Source: a virus
Lineage: Duplodnaviria; Caudoviricetes
IMG/VR virus record: IMGVR_UViG_3300005805_000123
Span: 1-50,478 of that record
DNA: 50,478 nucleotides
Direction: 5' to 3' (one strand)
A program made the translations under genes and the position numbers. Positions 35,977-45,088 of this stretch are shown here, piece after piece. How positions within the stretch are numbered: the first letter of the stretch is position 1; every line of letters begins with the position of its first letter. The notes under the pieces are model-generated. The model made no database searches and was not told the origin of the DNA. It saw nothing but the letters and a program-made list of their open reading frames with translations.

Positions 35977-38187
35977 ATGGCTATAGAAAAGAATTTTGTA
36001 GTTAAAAACGGTTTAGAGGTTAACGCAAATCTTATTCTTGCAGATGCTAATCTAAACCGAGTAGGTATTGCAACAACTACTGCTTCATACACTCTACACG
36101 TAAATGGGGGCATTGGAGCCACTGACATTTATGTTTCTGGTGTTACTACATCAAATGCTTACTTAGTTGATGGAACTCAAGTAATCAGTTCTGCAAGACA
36201 ATTGCAGAACATTACATCATTTGATGCAACAACGTCCTCTGCAATTGAAAGTGTTTTATCTAGTGGATCGCCAATTACACTTTCTGGTTTAAAAGTAACC
36301 GGAGTATCTACATTTGTAGGATTATCTACTTTTAATAATGGACTCGTTGTTACTTCAGGTATTGCAACTTTTGGATCTGCATCTGCAACAAATTTAACAA
36401 CACAAAATTTAAATGTAAGTGGTATTGGAACTGTTACCACTTTAAGTTCTACCAATGGAATAGTAACTAATTTAACAGGAACTGCAGGAACAATTACAAC
36501 TTTAAGTTCTACTAACGGAACTATAACAAACTTAACTGGCACTGCTGGTACTATTACTGATTTAAATAGTACTAGTGCAACTCTTGGATCATTATTTGTT
36601 CAGACTAATGTTCTTATTGATGGAAATTTAAGTGTTGGAGGAACCACTTCAACTGTTTTTTCACAAACTTTAAGGGTAAAAGACTCAGATATTATTCTTG
36701 GAATAACAACTGATGCTAATAATGAAGATATCTCCACAGATATCACAGCAAATCATGGTGGTATTGCAATTGCATCTACAGAAGGAACTCCTTTAGTCAA
36801 TTTAACAATTGCTGGACTTGAGACTGCACCTGCCACATATAAGAAAATTATGTGGTTTAAGTCTGGATCATTTACTGGACTTAATACAGATGCTTGGTTA
36901 ACAAATTATGGTGTTGGTATTGGTTCTACTCAAGTTCCAGATGGAGTTCGTCTTGCAGTAGATGAGATTCAATTAACTAAAGATACAGTTAAGACTCGCA
37001 ATTTATCTGTTTCTGGTGTTGGTACAATCCCAACCTTAAATTCTACTTCAGGCACCATAACAAACCTTTCGGGTACTATTGGGACTGTAACTACCCTTGA
37101 AAGCACAAATGGGACAATAACAAACTTAAGTGGTACTATTGGAACTATTGGTGGTGTACAAATATCTTCTGGTATTATAACTGCAAGTTCTGGAATCGTT
37201 ACTTATTATGGTGATGGTCAATATCTTCAAAACTTACCATCAAATCCTAATTTACAGACTGTTTTAGATACTGGAAATACCGCAACTATTGGATTATCAG
37301 TGACTGGTATTATAACAGCAACTGGATTCTCCACTACCACTGGAACATCAAGTCAATTCTTAAAAGCAGACGGGTCTGTTGATGCAAGTACATATCTTCA
37401 AAATGTTGTTGAAGATATAACTCCTCAACTTGGTGGGGACCTTGATGTAAATGGAAAAGACATTATAGGAACCGGTCAAATTAATCTGACTGGCATCATA
37501 ACAGCAACTTCATTCACTTCTAGTGGTGATATAACTGCAAACGGTAATATAGTTGGTGATACAGCAACAAATATTTCTGGTATTAATTCTGTTACTGCTA
37601 CTACTTATTACGGTGATGGAAGTCAATTGAGTGGAATTTCTGGTGGATTAACAATTTCAGATGATACTACCACAAACTCTACTTTCTATCCAACATTTAC
37701 TTCTGCTACATCAGGAACTATAACTTCTGAAAATGTATCATCAACAAAACTTACATTTAACCCTTCTACAGGAACTGTAACTGCAACTACCTTTAGTGGT
37801 GCATTGAGTGGTAATGCTACTAGTGCAACAAATGCAACTAACATTAACGTTGTTGCTGATAATTCTACAAACGCAACACATTATCCGGTCTTTACCGGAG
37901 GTGCTACTGGTAACCAAGAACCCAACAGTGATACTTCATTAACATATAATCCATCTACAAATATATTAACTGCTGGAACTTTTAGTGGTGCATTGAGTGG
38001 TAATGCTACTAGTGCAGCCACACTTCAAACAGCAAGAACCATCAATGGAGTTTCCTTTAATGGTTCTGCAAATATTGTGGTAAATCCGACCAGTGGTGCA
38101 TATTCCAATGGATATGGTGCAAGAACAGTTCAGTCTGGAGGATCTCCAACGGGGGGCTCTGATGGAGATATATACTACATCTACTGA
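35977..38187 (+). CDS. Tail fibre protein
   Basis: KNFVVKNGLEV N-terminus, 10-aa GTITNL.GT repeats, LQTARTINGVSFNGSANI, ends GSDGDIYY.Y. Confidence 0.82.
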   Translation: MAIEKNFVVKNGLEVNANLILADANLNRVGIATTTASYTLHVNGGIGATDIYVSGVTTSNAYLVDGTQVISSARQLQNITSFDATTSSAIESVLSSGSPITLSGLKVTGVSTFVGLSTFNNGLVVTSGIATFGSASATNLTTQNLNVSGIGTVTTLSSTNGIVTNLTGTAGTITTLSSTNGTITNLTGTAGTITDLNSTSATLGSLFVQTNVLIDGNLSVGGTTSTVFSQTLRVKDSDIILGITTDANNEDISTDITANHGGIAIASTEGTPLVNLTIAGLETAPATYKKIMWFKSGSFTGLNTDAWLTNYGVGIGSTQVPDGVRLAVDEIQLTKDTVKTRNLSVSGVGTIPTLNSTSGTITNLSGTIGTVTTLESTNGTITNLSGTIGTIGGVQISSGIITASSGIVTYYGDGQYLQNLPSNPNLQTVLDTGNTATIGLSVTGIITATGFSTTTGTSSQFLKADGSVDASTYLQNVVEDITPQLGGDLDVNGKDIIGTGQINLTGIITATSFTSSGDITANGNIVGDTATNISGINSVTATTYYGDGSQLSGISGGLTISDDTTTNSTFYPTFTSATSGTITSENVSSTKLTFNPSTGTVTATTFSGALSGNATSATNATNINVVADNSTNATHYPVFTGGATGNQEPNSDTSLTYNPSTNILTAGTFSGALSGNATSAATLQTARTINGVSFNGSANIVVNPTSGAYSNGYGARTVQSGGSPTGGSDGDIYYIY
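37792..38016 (+). repeat. Exact 36-nt direct repeat (37792-37827 and 37981-38016)
   Basis: TTTAGTGGTGCATTGAGTGGTAATGCTACTAGTGCA twice, 189 nt apart. Confidence 0.9.
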
Positions 38188-38221
38188 TCAAAACGCATAA
38201 AAACAAACGGGAGATCTAAAA

Positions 38222-38917
38222 ATGCCTTCAGCAGGAGAAACTTATTGGATGCCAGATATTTTTCCAGAACCAACAGAAGAATATCAAAAAAAACAATCCG
38301 AAAAATGGTATTTAACTCAAAATAATGTTGAAAGAAGACATCCAAAATGGCATTATGACAATGGAGCATATGTTGATGATGAGTATCTTTACAAAAACGA
38401 TGGTTGGAGAGTATTACTAGAAAAAACAATAAATTTTGACGATAATCAAATTTATATAAAAAATCCAATGACAGAGTGGATTGTGAGTGCCGATGACAGA
38501 AAAGTTACAGTTACTTGGAAAATTTACCAAATTATTGAATCTTCAGATTTTCAAGATATAGATCAAGACTTAATCATATCAAAAATATTAAAACCACAAG
38601 AAGAGTGGGTTTACAATGATGATCAAATGACTTCAACAAAAACTTATAATTTTGATATTATGAGTGAAGAAACTTTACTATCTAAAAAGAAAAATATATT
38701 AAGATCTATTAGAAATGAAATTCTTTCCGAATTTGATTGGACTGTAGTTTACGCCATTGAAAAAAATGTGACAATTTTACAAAAAGTTTTAGATTACAGA
38801 CAACAACTTCGAGATCTTCCACAAAATATTGATGTTTCCACTTATAAGTTATTAGATATTATAAGTAGAAAGGTATTTCCCCCAGAACCAAAAGAACCTT
38901 ATTTCAACGAAGTATAA
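38222..38917 (+). CDS. Tail fibre assembly chaperone-like protein
   Basis: R..RN..L...DW...YRQ.LRDLP C-terminal motif; follows the fibre gene. Confidence 0.75.
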   Translation: MPSAGETYWMPDIFPEPTEEYQKKQSEKWYLTQNNVERRHPKWHYDNGAYVDDEYLYKNDGWRVLLEKTINFDDNQIYIKNPMTEWIVSADDRKVTVTWKIYQIIESSDFQDIDQDLIISKILKPQEEWVYNDDQMTSTKTYNFDIMSEETLLSKKKNILRSIRNEILSEFDWTVVYAIEKNVTILQKVLDYRQQLRDLPQNIDVSTYKLLDIISRKVFPPEPKEPYFNEV

Positions 38918-38919
38918 TC

Positions 38920-39915
38920 ATGGCATCGACACACATAAAAGATTCCGGAATTTGGAGAACATCCACTGAAATTCATGTAAAAAGTGGTGGAGTTTGGAGA
39001 GACATCATATCGGGATATATTTTTGCTTCTGTGTGGAGACTAATTTTTGCGAAGCCACTTTTTGAAGAGTACATATATACTGGAGCACAACAAACTACCC
39101 TTACAGTTTCAGTTGGAACTAATATTATAATATTTGCCGGAGTTGCTCAAGGAGGAAATTCTGACTTTTTTGGCCCGGTAGCCTCTGAAGGAGGAGGAGG
39201 GGGAGGAGCTGCAAATCTTTCTGGATATACCATAAATCCCGCAGCTCCTTATGTAGGAACAACTCTTTATATTGGTGTTGGTGGACCTAGTGCTCCCAGA
39301 AATACTTATGTAAGAACATCGAGCCACTCTGGACCTATTATTTTTGAATTGAATAAAGGTGAAAATAGTATCCCCTCCAACCCTGTTCCTACTAATTATG
39401 GACCCGGTGGAGCAGCAAATCCAACTTACTCAACAACTGCAGGTGGACCCGGTGGCCCAGGAGGCCCTCGATTTGTTGCTGGAGGTCCTGCACCGTCTGT
39501 ATCAAATGCTGCTGCTGGTGGTGGTGGGGGAGGTGGGTATGGTGATAATTCTCCTTTTATCGCAGGGTCTCCTGGAGGTAATGGGGGAAATGTAACAATG
39601 TCTCCTCCAACTTATCTAGCACCAGTCGGGTATACACCTTGGACTTGGGGTTCATCATCTACAGGAGGTGTTGGGGGAACTAGACCCGGACCAGGTGATG
39701 GATCTCCTGCACCGAATAGTGGCGCAAGTGGTGGTCTCAGCGGAGCTCCTACTGCAAACGCTGACGGATGCGGCGGTGGTGGTGGTGCTGGCATTATTTT
39801 TAATGGGGTTAGTTATGGTGGAGGTGGTGGTGGACATAATAGATCAGTTGGCCCACCATCACCTGGAGGTCTAGGCGCGCCCGGTTTTCTCATTGTTCAA
39901 TTCAAATCATCATAA
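38920..39915 (+). CDS. Glycine-rich adhesin (T-even gp38-like)
   Basis: Trp-spaced N-terminus (GIWR, GVWR, VWR); multiple poly-Gly runs; G.PG...VQ C-terminus. Confidence 0.7.
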   Translation: MASTHIKDSGIWRTSTEIHVKSGGVWRDIISGYIFASVWRLIFAKPLFEEYIYTGAQQTTLTVSVGTNIIIFAGVAQGGNSDFFGPVASEGGGGGGAANLSGYTINPAAPYVGTTLYIGVGGPSAPRNTYVRTSSHSGPIIFELNKGENSIPSNPVPTNYGPGGAANPTYSTTAGGPGGPGGPRFVAGGPAPSVSNAAAGGGGGGGYGDNSPFIAGSPGGNGGNVTMSPPTYLAPVGYTPWTWGSSSTGGVGGTRPGPGDGSPAPNSGASGGLSGAPTANADGCGGGGGAGIIFNGVSYGGGGGGHNRSVGPPSPGGLGAPGFLIVQFKSS

Positions 39916-40043
39916 GTTAAATTTTTTGAAGTATTTTATTCAAATTTAGGACAAATAACATGTATGAAGACACCTTAAAAAAGATAAATTGACTCCCCCC
40001 ACTCTATCATCATATATAATAACACTGAATACATTATTAAAAT

Positions 40044-40664
40044 ATGGCATTTCAATCAATTTGGTACTTTTCGGATCTTCCAGAAGATGTAGTAGATATC
40101 ATTGAACGAGACCTAACAGAAAAGTTTGATGAGCAGATGGCAGACTCCAGATTGCATGGAGATGCTCTCAACAAAGATAAAAGAAATTCACAGAATGCAT
40201 GGATTCCTACGACTCACTGGGTTGGTGGATTCGTGTGGCATTATATTCAACGTGCCAATCGTGAGAACTTTTTGTATGACTTGCACTGTATTGATGGAGA
40301 ATCAATGCAGTTCACAAAGTATGAAGTAGGTCAGTTTTATGGTTGGCACAATGACGCAGGACTTGCAACTCAATACAAACCCGTAAGTGTTGGTAATCGT
40401 CAAGAAGGTCTTGCACAAGATTATCTGAACGAGAACATTGAACTTGTGCGTAAGCTTTCATTTGTGGTTCAACTGTCTGATCCTGATGATTATGAAGGTG
40501 GTAATCTACAACTTCTTGATGAGGCAGGTAATAGTTACATCGCACCCCGTAAACGTGGCACTGTGATTCTGTTTGATTCTCGCACACAACATAGAGTTCT
40601 TAAAGTTACAAAAGGTGTTCGTAAAAGTTTGGTAGGTTGGACGGTCGGTAAGAGGTGGCGCTGA
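40044..40664 (+). CDS. 2OG-Fe(II) oxygenase (PKHD-like)
   Basis: Y.WHND, RKLS..VQLS....YEGG.L, HRV..VT.G.RKSLV.W. Confidence 0.92.
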   Translation: MAFQSIWYFSDLPEDVVDIIERDLTEKFDEQMADSRLHGDALNKDKRNSQNAWIPTTHWVGGFVWHYIQRANRENFLYDLHCIDGESMQFTKYEVGQFYGWHNDAGLATQYKPVSVGNRQEGLAQDYLNENIELVRKLSFVVQLSDPDDYEGGNLQLLDEAGNSYIAPRKRGTVILFDSRTQHRVLKVTKGVRKSLVGWTVGKRWR

Positions 40665-40665
40665 T

Positions 40666-41379
40666 ATGGCAGAACAAATGACAGAACTGCAACTGATGAT
40701 GCAGGAGAGGATGAATACGGGAACTGCTTGGACTCGCAACGAATCTTTTGAGAAGAATGGGTATCTAGTTATCAAAAATCTCTGGGATTCTGAAGAACTT
40801 TATCACCCACTTCCACAAGAGCGTGGACAGATGAACTGGTGGGGTAAAAAGATGGACCAATTCACCCATCATGAAGTAGAAATGCAGGTTGAAGGTTCTC
40901 TTGCACGCTACTGGCACCCACAGTATCGTCAGATCCATTGTGGTATTCGTATGAAACTTGAAGAGGCACTAGGTCGGAAACTTTATAATACTTATTATTA
41001 TGACCGTTACTATTTCCCTGGACAAGAACTTACCCGTCATGCAGACCGTGATGCCTGTGAGATTTCTGTGACTGTTCATATCAGCACGAATCTTGATGAA
41101 GAATGGCCAATCTGGATTAAGACTCCTGATACTTATGCTGATAAAAAGAAAACACAAGTTCTTGTTCCTGGTGAGAATCGTTCTGTGATTCTTAAAGCAG
41201 GTGATGGAATGGTTTACAAGGGATGCGAACGTCCTCATTGGCGTGATGCTATGCCTGGTGCAAAGAGAAGTAAGAAACTGTTTGGTAAGAGTTCTGAACT
41301 TTATTATCACCAAATTTTCTTTCACTATGTTTTGCAAGATGGACAACGTGCTCACTGTGCTTGGGATAAAGCCCAATAA
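40666..41379 (+). CDS. 2OG-Fe(II) oxygenase-like protein
   Basis: L.RHADR.ACEISVT, GD.MVYKGC..PHWR, QIFFHY. Confidence 0.85.
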   Translation: MAEQMTELQLMMQERMNTGTAWTRNESFEKNGYLVIKNLWDSEELYHPLPQERGQMNWWGKKMDQFTHHEVEMQVEGSLARYWHPQYRQIHCGIRMKLEEALGRKLYNTYYYDRYYFPGQELTRHADRDACEISVTVHISTNLDEEWPIWIKTPDTYADKKKTQVLVPGENRSVILKAGDGMVYKGCERPHWRDAMPGAKRSKKLFGKSSELYYHQIFFHYVLQDGQRAHCAWDKAQ

Positions 41380-41402
41380 AACCAATACACAGAACCCTCT
41401 AT

Positions 41403-41458
41403 GACACCTATGTAAGTGTCCCCTGATGCCCTGTAAGGTGTCTGGAGGGTTTTATAGT
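41403..41458 (+). promoter_or_regulatory. Promoter with upstream GACA-N10-TGTC palindrome (copy 1)
   Basis: GACA-CCTATGTAAG-TGTC, TATAGT at 41453; poor -35. Confidence 0.5.
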
Positions 41459-41468
41459 ATCCAGGTAC

Positions 41469-41497
41469 TTGACACACCCCCATCAAACCCTTATAAT
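41469..41497 (+). promoter_or_regulatory. Consensus sigma70 promoter
   Basis: TTGACA-N17-TATAAT. Confidence 0.88.
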
Positions 41498-41516
41498 GAC
41501 CTTTGTGGAGGTTGAA

Positions 41517-41729
41517 ATGATTAACTCTATGAAAACTAAGAAACGTTTTGTGAATGTCATTCCGAAGAGTAGCAAAGCAAAGAATCGTTTCGTAAATATC
41601 ATGAATTCTTTTCATGCAATGGAAGTTGAACAAGAAACTGATGATAAGTTCTTCTTAGTTTCTATCAACAAAATGTACTGTACATGGGTTCCTAAAACTG
41701 GTAACGAACACTGGGAGATTGTTAAATAG
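41517..41729 (+). CDS. Conserved hypothetical protein
   Basis: GGAGG RBS; V.PKSSKAKNRF.N.M...FL.SIN..Y..WV. Confidence 0.75.
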   Translation: MINSMKTKKRFVNVIPKSSKAKNRFVNIMNSFHAMEVEQETDDKFFLVSINKMYCTWVPKTGNEHWEIVK

Positions 41730-41747
41730 TACAATTGCTGAAAATTT

Positions 41748-41918
41748 ATGAATGAACCTGCTGAAGTTAAGTGGAATCGCGGATTGGACTTGTTTATTGA
41801 ATCAGTCTATAAACCAGATCATGAACTTCGTCAATGTTCTCACAATCAAAAGTGTCATACGGAACTGATGGAAGTTCGTGAACGTGTGTTAGAATATCTA
41901 AAAACACTAAGACGATGA
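41748..41918 (+). CDS. Conserved hypothetical protein (56 aa)
   Basis: KWNRGLDLFIESVYKPD.ELRQC.HNQKC; read manually. Confidence 0.7.
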   Translation: MNEPAEVKWNRGLDLFIESVYKPDHELRQCSHNQKCHTELMEVRERVLEYLKTLRR

Positions 41919-42151
41919 CTTCTACTTATGTTTATTTTATTATCTTTGCTTGTGCTGGATATTTGATCGTTACTGACCAGAGTATTGCAAAAGCAGTATT
42001 TTTTGTATCTCAACTGATAAAGAATAAGTTTGAGATTATGAAGTGGTGGGCTATGAATAATCCCAAACTTCCATGGGTTCGTTATTCTATGCATCGTCGT
42101 TCTATGAAACTTGCTGAAGAACTGATGAAAGAGTTTCAAGACAAAAATTGA
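41915..42151 (+). CDS. Membrane-anchored hypothetical protein
   Basis: N-terminal hydrophobic helix; ATGA overlap. Confidence 0.7.
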   Translation: MTSTYVYFIIFACAGYLIVTDQSIAKAVFFVSQLIKNKFEIMKWWAMNNPKLPWVRYSMHRRSMKLAEELMKEFQDKN

Positions 42152-42195
42152 ACTGTCCACTGACCCTTGACTTTTGTGGTTGAGGGTATTATAGT
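42140..42195 (+). promoter_or_regulatory. Promoter with upstream GACA-N10-TGTC palindrome (copy 2)
   Basis: GACA-AAAATTGAAC-TGTC then TTGACT-N17-TATAGT. Confidence 0.75.
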
Positions 42196-42221
42196 ATCTG
42201 TATAGAAAATACTCCTTCCAA

Positions 42222-42635
42222 ATGTATAAGGCATCTCTCAAAGTTCACTTTGATACTGAATGGACTCCTACTTATGGTGGTTCTGGAATTTATGATGATG
42301 AGACACTTCCAGAGCAACACTATACATTTGAGATCCCCTGTCAAGACATCAATAGCATCCAACTCTTTCGTTTCTTTGGGGATGTTGCTCGTTGTATGGG
42401 ACACAATGATCTTGGCATTATGAAAGGGGCGTGTGCTCTTGCATTTAATGATATGCAAAGTCAAGAAGATATGCGTAAAGTCGCAGAAGAATTTGAACTC
42501 ACTCTCGCAGAAGATTTGAAAGGTAAGTTTGAGGATTGGAAGGAAGCAGAAGAAGAATGGGCACGACTGAAGAAAGGACCGATGGGAACTGCTTTGACTG
42601 ATGAAGAACTCACTAATCTTGAGGAAGGACAATGA
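42222..42635 (+). CDS. Hypothetical protein
   Basis: 137-aa ORF directly after the promoter. Confidence 0.75.
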   Translation: MYKASLKVHFDTEWTPTYGGSGIYDDETLPEQHYTFEIPCQDINSIQLFRFFGDVARCMGHNDLGIMKGACALAFNDMQSQEDMRKVAEEFELTLAEDLKGKFEDWKEAEEEWARLKKGPMGTALTDEELTNLEEGQ

Positions 42636-42868
42636 ACCTGATTAACTTTAAACATCGTGAAGATTTTGGGCACGAATGGTATGTTCAGGTTCTCAACGTA
42701 AAAAATTGGAGTTTGATTCAAGCATCTGTAAGTTGGAATGATTACCCATCTTGGCCCTATATTCAAATCAAATCAGGTTCTGGTTCTACTTTGAGTATTC
42801 TATTCTGGGCTTATAAGTTTGGGTTTGATATTGGTATCATTGAACGCACTTGGAGATGGAATGACTGA
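42632..42868 (+). CDS. Hypothetical protein
   Basis: 78-aa Trp-rich ORF, ATGA overlap, GAGGAAGG RBS. Confidence 0.7.
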   Translation: MNLINFKHREDFGHEWYVQVLNVKNWSLIQASVSWNDYPSWPYIQIKSGSGSTLSILFWAYKFGFDIGIIERTWRWND

Positions 42869-43025
42869 CCCAACCCACGAAGAAATGCTTGCTATTGCTG
42901 AACGTAGAGAACTCATTAACGAAGCACTTGAAGAACTCAACGCAATTGTATTGGGGGGACAAAACACCAGAGAGTTTTATCTTTCAGTGTCTCATATTCG
43001 TAATGTATTGGAAAGATTGAAATGA
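42861..43025 (+). CDS. Hypothetical protein
   Basis: MTDPTHEEML...; GGAG RBS. Confidence 0.65.
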   Translation: MTDPTHEEMLAIAERRELINEALEELNAIVLGGQNTREFYLSVSHIRNVLERLK

Positions 43026-43228
43026 CTTACGATGAACTCTACGATCATGTGGTAAACTATGTTGCCATGCCACATACTACCATCACGGAGCATGACAAAC
43101 GCCGTGCCTGTCTTATTCTAGGGGCATTCATGGAGTTTATCATGGATTGCACTGATGCTGGTATTGATCCACGCACACTTGATATGACTGGTATTATGAA
43201 TGAGAAACTTGATGAGATTGGAGCATGA
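43022..43228 (+). CDS. Hypothetical protein (paralog of 43938)
   Basis: VA.PH.T.TEHDK.RA motif. Confidence 0.7.
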   Translation: MTYDELYDHVVNYVAMPHTTITEHDKRRACLILGAFMEFIMDCTDAGIDPRTLDMTGIMNEKLDEIGA

Positions 43229-43428
43229 CTAACAAAAACAACTACAAACAAGGTGTTGGTATTTTTGAACTTCTTACAATTATCTTTATTGTTCTCAAAC
43301 TGACTGAAACGATTGATTGGACTTGGTGGCAGGTATTTTCTCCTTCTATTATTGCTCTCTCTGCTGGTTTTATTGAAGGTGTTATTGAAGTTATTGTTGA
43401 GTATTCTCAAAAGAAAAAGGAAAACTGA
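43225..43428 (+). CDS. Small membrane protein
   Basis: LLTIIFIVLKLT..IDWTWW.VFSP two-helix motif. Confidence 0.7.
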   Translation: MTNKNNYKQGVGIFELLTIIFIVLKLTETIDWTWWQVFSPSIIALSAGFIEGVIEVIVEYSQKKKEN

Positions 43429-43429
43429 A

Positions 43430-43597
43430 ATGACATACAAAGTCAGATATACTGGTTTCGGTCCATACAAAGACAAATTTGAAATCAATCAAATCTTTAC
43501 AGTCAAAGAGATGCTACCTTATGCTTGGCACGAAAACTTTACCTTTGAAGAAGTAGAAGGTGAGTATCATACAATTTTCTTTGAGGATGTAGAATGA
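43430..43597 (+). CDS. Hypothetical protein
   Basis: MTYKVRYTG...EEVEGEYHTIFFEDVE. Confidence 0.6.
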   Translation: MTYKVRYTGFGPYKDKFEINQIFTVKEMLPYAWHENFTFEEVEGEYHTIFFEDVE

Positions 43598-43941
43598 GAT
43601 TCCAAGAACCTACGAAATGGGAACTTTTCTTTGACGGGTTCCATAACTTCTGGAACTGTCTGGATTGTTATAATGATGGTGATGAGTGGGGATACGATGA
43701 ATTCTGGGAAGGATTAAATCTTGGATGGTATATGGAGTATATCTATCCTTATGATGATGCTTTCAATCCTACTATTTCACACGTTCGTCAGTTGAGATTA
43801 GATGCGAAACCATATGTTCATACAATTTATGTGTCCGAAGAAGCATATGATAAACTGATAGAAGCAATCAACAAACCACCAGAATATGATGAAAAGATTG
43901 CCAGAGTACTAAAACGCACACCACCTTGGGAGGAAAAATGA
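43594..43941 (+). CDS. Hypothetical protein with DUF1778-like C-terminus
   Basis: IYVSEEAYDKLIEAINKPPE...I.RVL...PPWE. Confidence 0.65.
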   Translation: MRFQEPTKWELFFDGFHNFWNCLDCYNDGDEWGYDEFWEGLNLGWYMEYIYPYDDAFNPTISHVRQLRLDAKPYVHTIYVSEEAYDKLIEAINKPPEYDEKIARVLKRTPPWEEK

Positions 43942-44249
43942 GCAACCCACTGAAACTAAACGAAGAAGCAAAGGCATTCTCTTACACTCCTGCCGAACTA
44001 TTCAACACAATTATGTGTATCGTAGCACATCCACATAAAACACTCACAGAGCACGATAAATCCCGTGCTATGGCAATCTTTGTAACCTTTGCGGATTATC
44101 TCAACAACTACACTGAGAGTGACAATAATGGTGGGCATTATGTCTATGAGAGTGATGCCACAGATTTTGAGGGTTATGTATTAGAACTACTCGGTCAAGC
44201 AGGTTTGCCTGGTTGTGATAAAGTTGATGTTGATGAGATTCTGAAATGA
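43938..44249 (+). CDS. Hypothetical protein (paralog of 43022)
   Basis: VAHPHKTLTEHDKSRA; GGAGG RBS. Confidence 0.7.
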   Translation: MSNPLKLNEEAKAFSYTPAELFNTIMCIVAHPHKTLTEHDKSRAMAIFVTFADYLNNYTESDNNGGHYVYESDATDFEGYVLELLGQAGLPGCDKVDVDEILK

Positions 44250-44536
44250 CTGAATGGAAACCAGAACCACAAACACCAGAACAAGTGGAACAGGGACTGA
44301 AAGATGCTATGAAACAAGCAAAGAAGGATGGTGTGTTTGATTGGTATCTAACTAAATCCCCTGACTATCAACTCATTCACAATCCAAAAAAGCTATCTAA
44401 CTGGACTTGTCATCTGTTTGGTGGTTCTCCTGGTAATGGTATTGCTTATACTCCAGTAGAAGGAGAAGTGCCTAATAGGTTTGTGAGGTTTATGTCTAGG
44501 ATCTTTTTTGCTTGTACTTGGGTGGAGAAGAAATGA
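44246..44536 (+). CDS. Hypothetical protein
   Basis: 96-aa ORF, ATGA overlap. Confidence 0.65.
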   Translation: MTEWKPEPQTPEQVEQGLKDAMKQAKKDGVFDWYLTKSPDYQLIHNPKKLSNWTCHLFGGSPGNGIAYTPVEGEVPNRFVRFMSRIFFACTWVEKK

Positions 44537-44718
44537 GTAGATTTACAGAAAACCCAGACGAAATCGTACTTCAAGACATTCAAATGTTTCATCTGGAAAG
44601 TATGAATGAGAGGACACTTTGGATTGGTGTATATGGTGAAAATGATAAAATCTATCACTTGAATATTTCTGCGGATGGTGATAAACTGCGTTATTATTGG
44701 AGTGATGAGACGCCGTGA
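44533..44718 (+). CDS. Hypothetical protein
   Basis: MSRFTENPDEIVL...FHLE.M....WIG. Confidence 0.65.
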   Translation: MSRFTENPDEIVLQDIQMFHLESMNERTLWIGVYGENDKIYHLNISADGDKLRYYWSDETP

Positions 44719-44915
44719 CTAAAGGTATTATCATCTTCTTTGTTGGACTTTTTCTTCTATCAATCGTTATGAATGGTGCAGCAAACTGGGTAGAAAGCAA
44801 ACCATCACCACCAGAACGAAAGTTTGAGGTTGTTGATACTTATAAAGGTTGTGATGTGGTAAGATATACTCCCGATTATTCTGCAAAGTTTGCTTACTTC
44901 CTGGACTGCAAATGA
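44715..44915 (+). CDS. Membrane-anchored hypothetical protein
   Basis: N-terminal TM; FEVVD.YKGC.VVRY...YFL.C. Confidence 0.7.
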   Translation: MTKGIIIFFVGLFLLSIVMNGAANWVESKPSPPERKFEVVDTYKGCDVVRYTPDYSAKFAYFLDCK

Positions 44916-45088
44916 ACGAAAAATCTAAAATCTTTTTCAGTGTCTGGTGTTGTGCTTATCAACGCAGATGGATATATAAAGGAACAGATAGGGAACACAG
45001 AGAACACGAAACTGTTCGTATGTGTCTTGATATGAAAGATGTGAAGTTCTATAAGTTTGATACCGAACAACCGCATTATCTAAAATGA
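44912..45088 (+). CDS. Hypothetical protein (58 aa)
   Basis: MNEKSKIFFSVWCCAYQRR...REHETVRMCL; overlaps at both ends. Confidence 0.65.
   Translation: MNEKSKIFFSVWCCAYQRRWIYKGTDREHREHETVRMCLDMKDVKFYKFDTEQPHYLK

Noticed and set aside
36420-37150. 30-nt periodic repeats as a possible CRISPR array or DGR template
   Set aside because: Degenerate in-frame protein repeats (GTITNL.GT); no unique spacers, cas operon or reverse transcriptase in the window
39989-40020. TTGACT...TATAAT promoter for the 2OG oxygenases
   Set aside because: Spacer is 20 nt; a promoter is plausible but the elements cannot be assigned confidently
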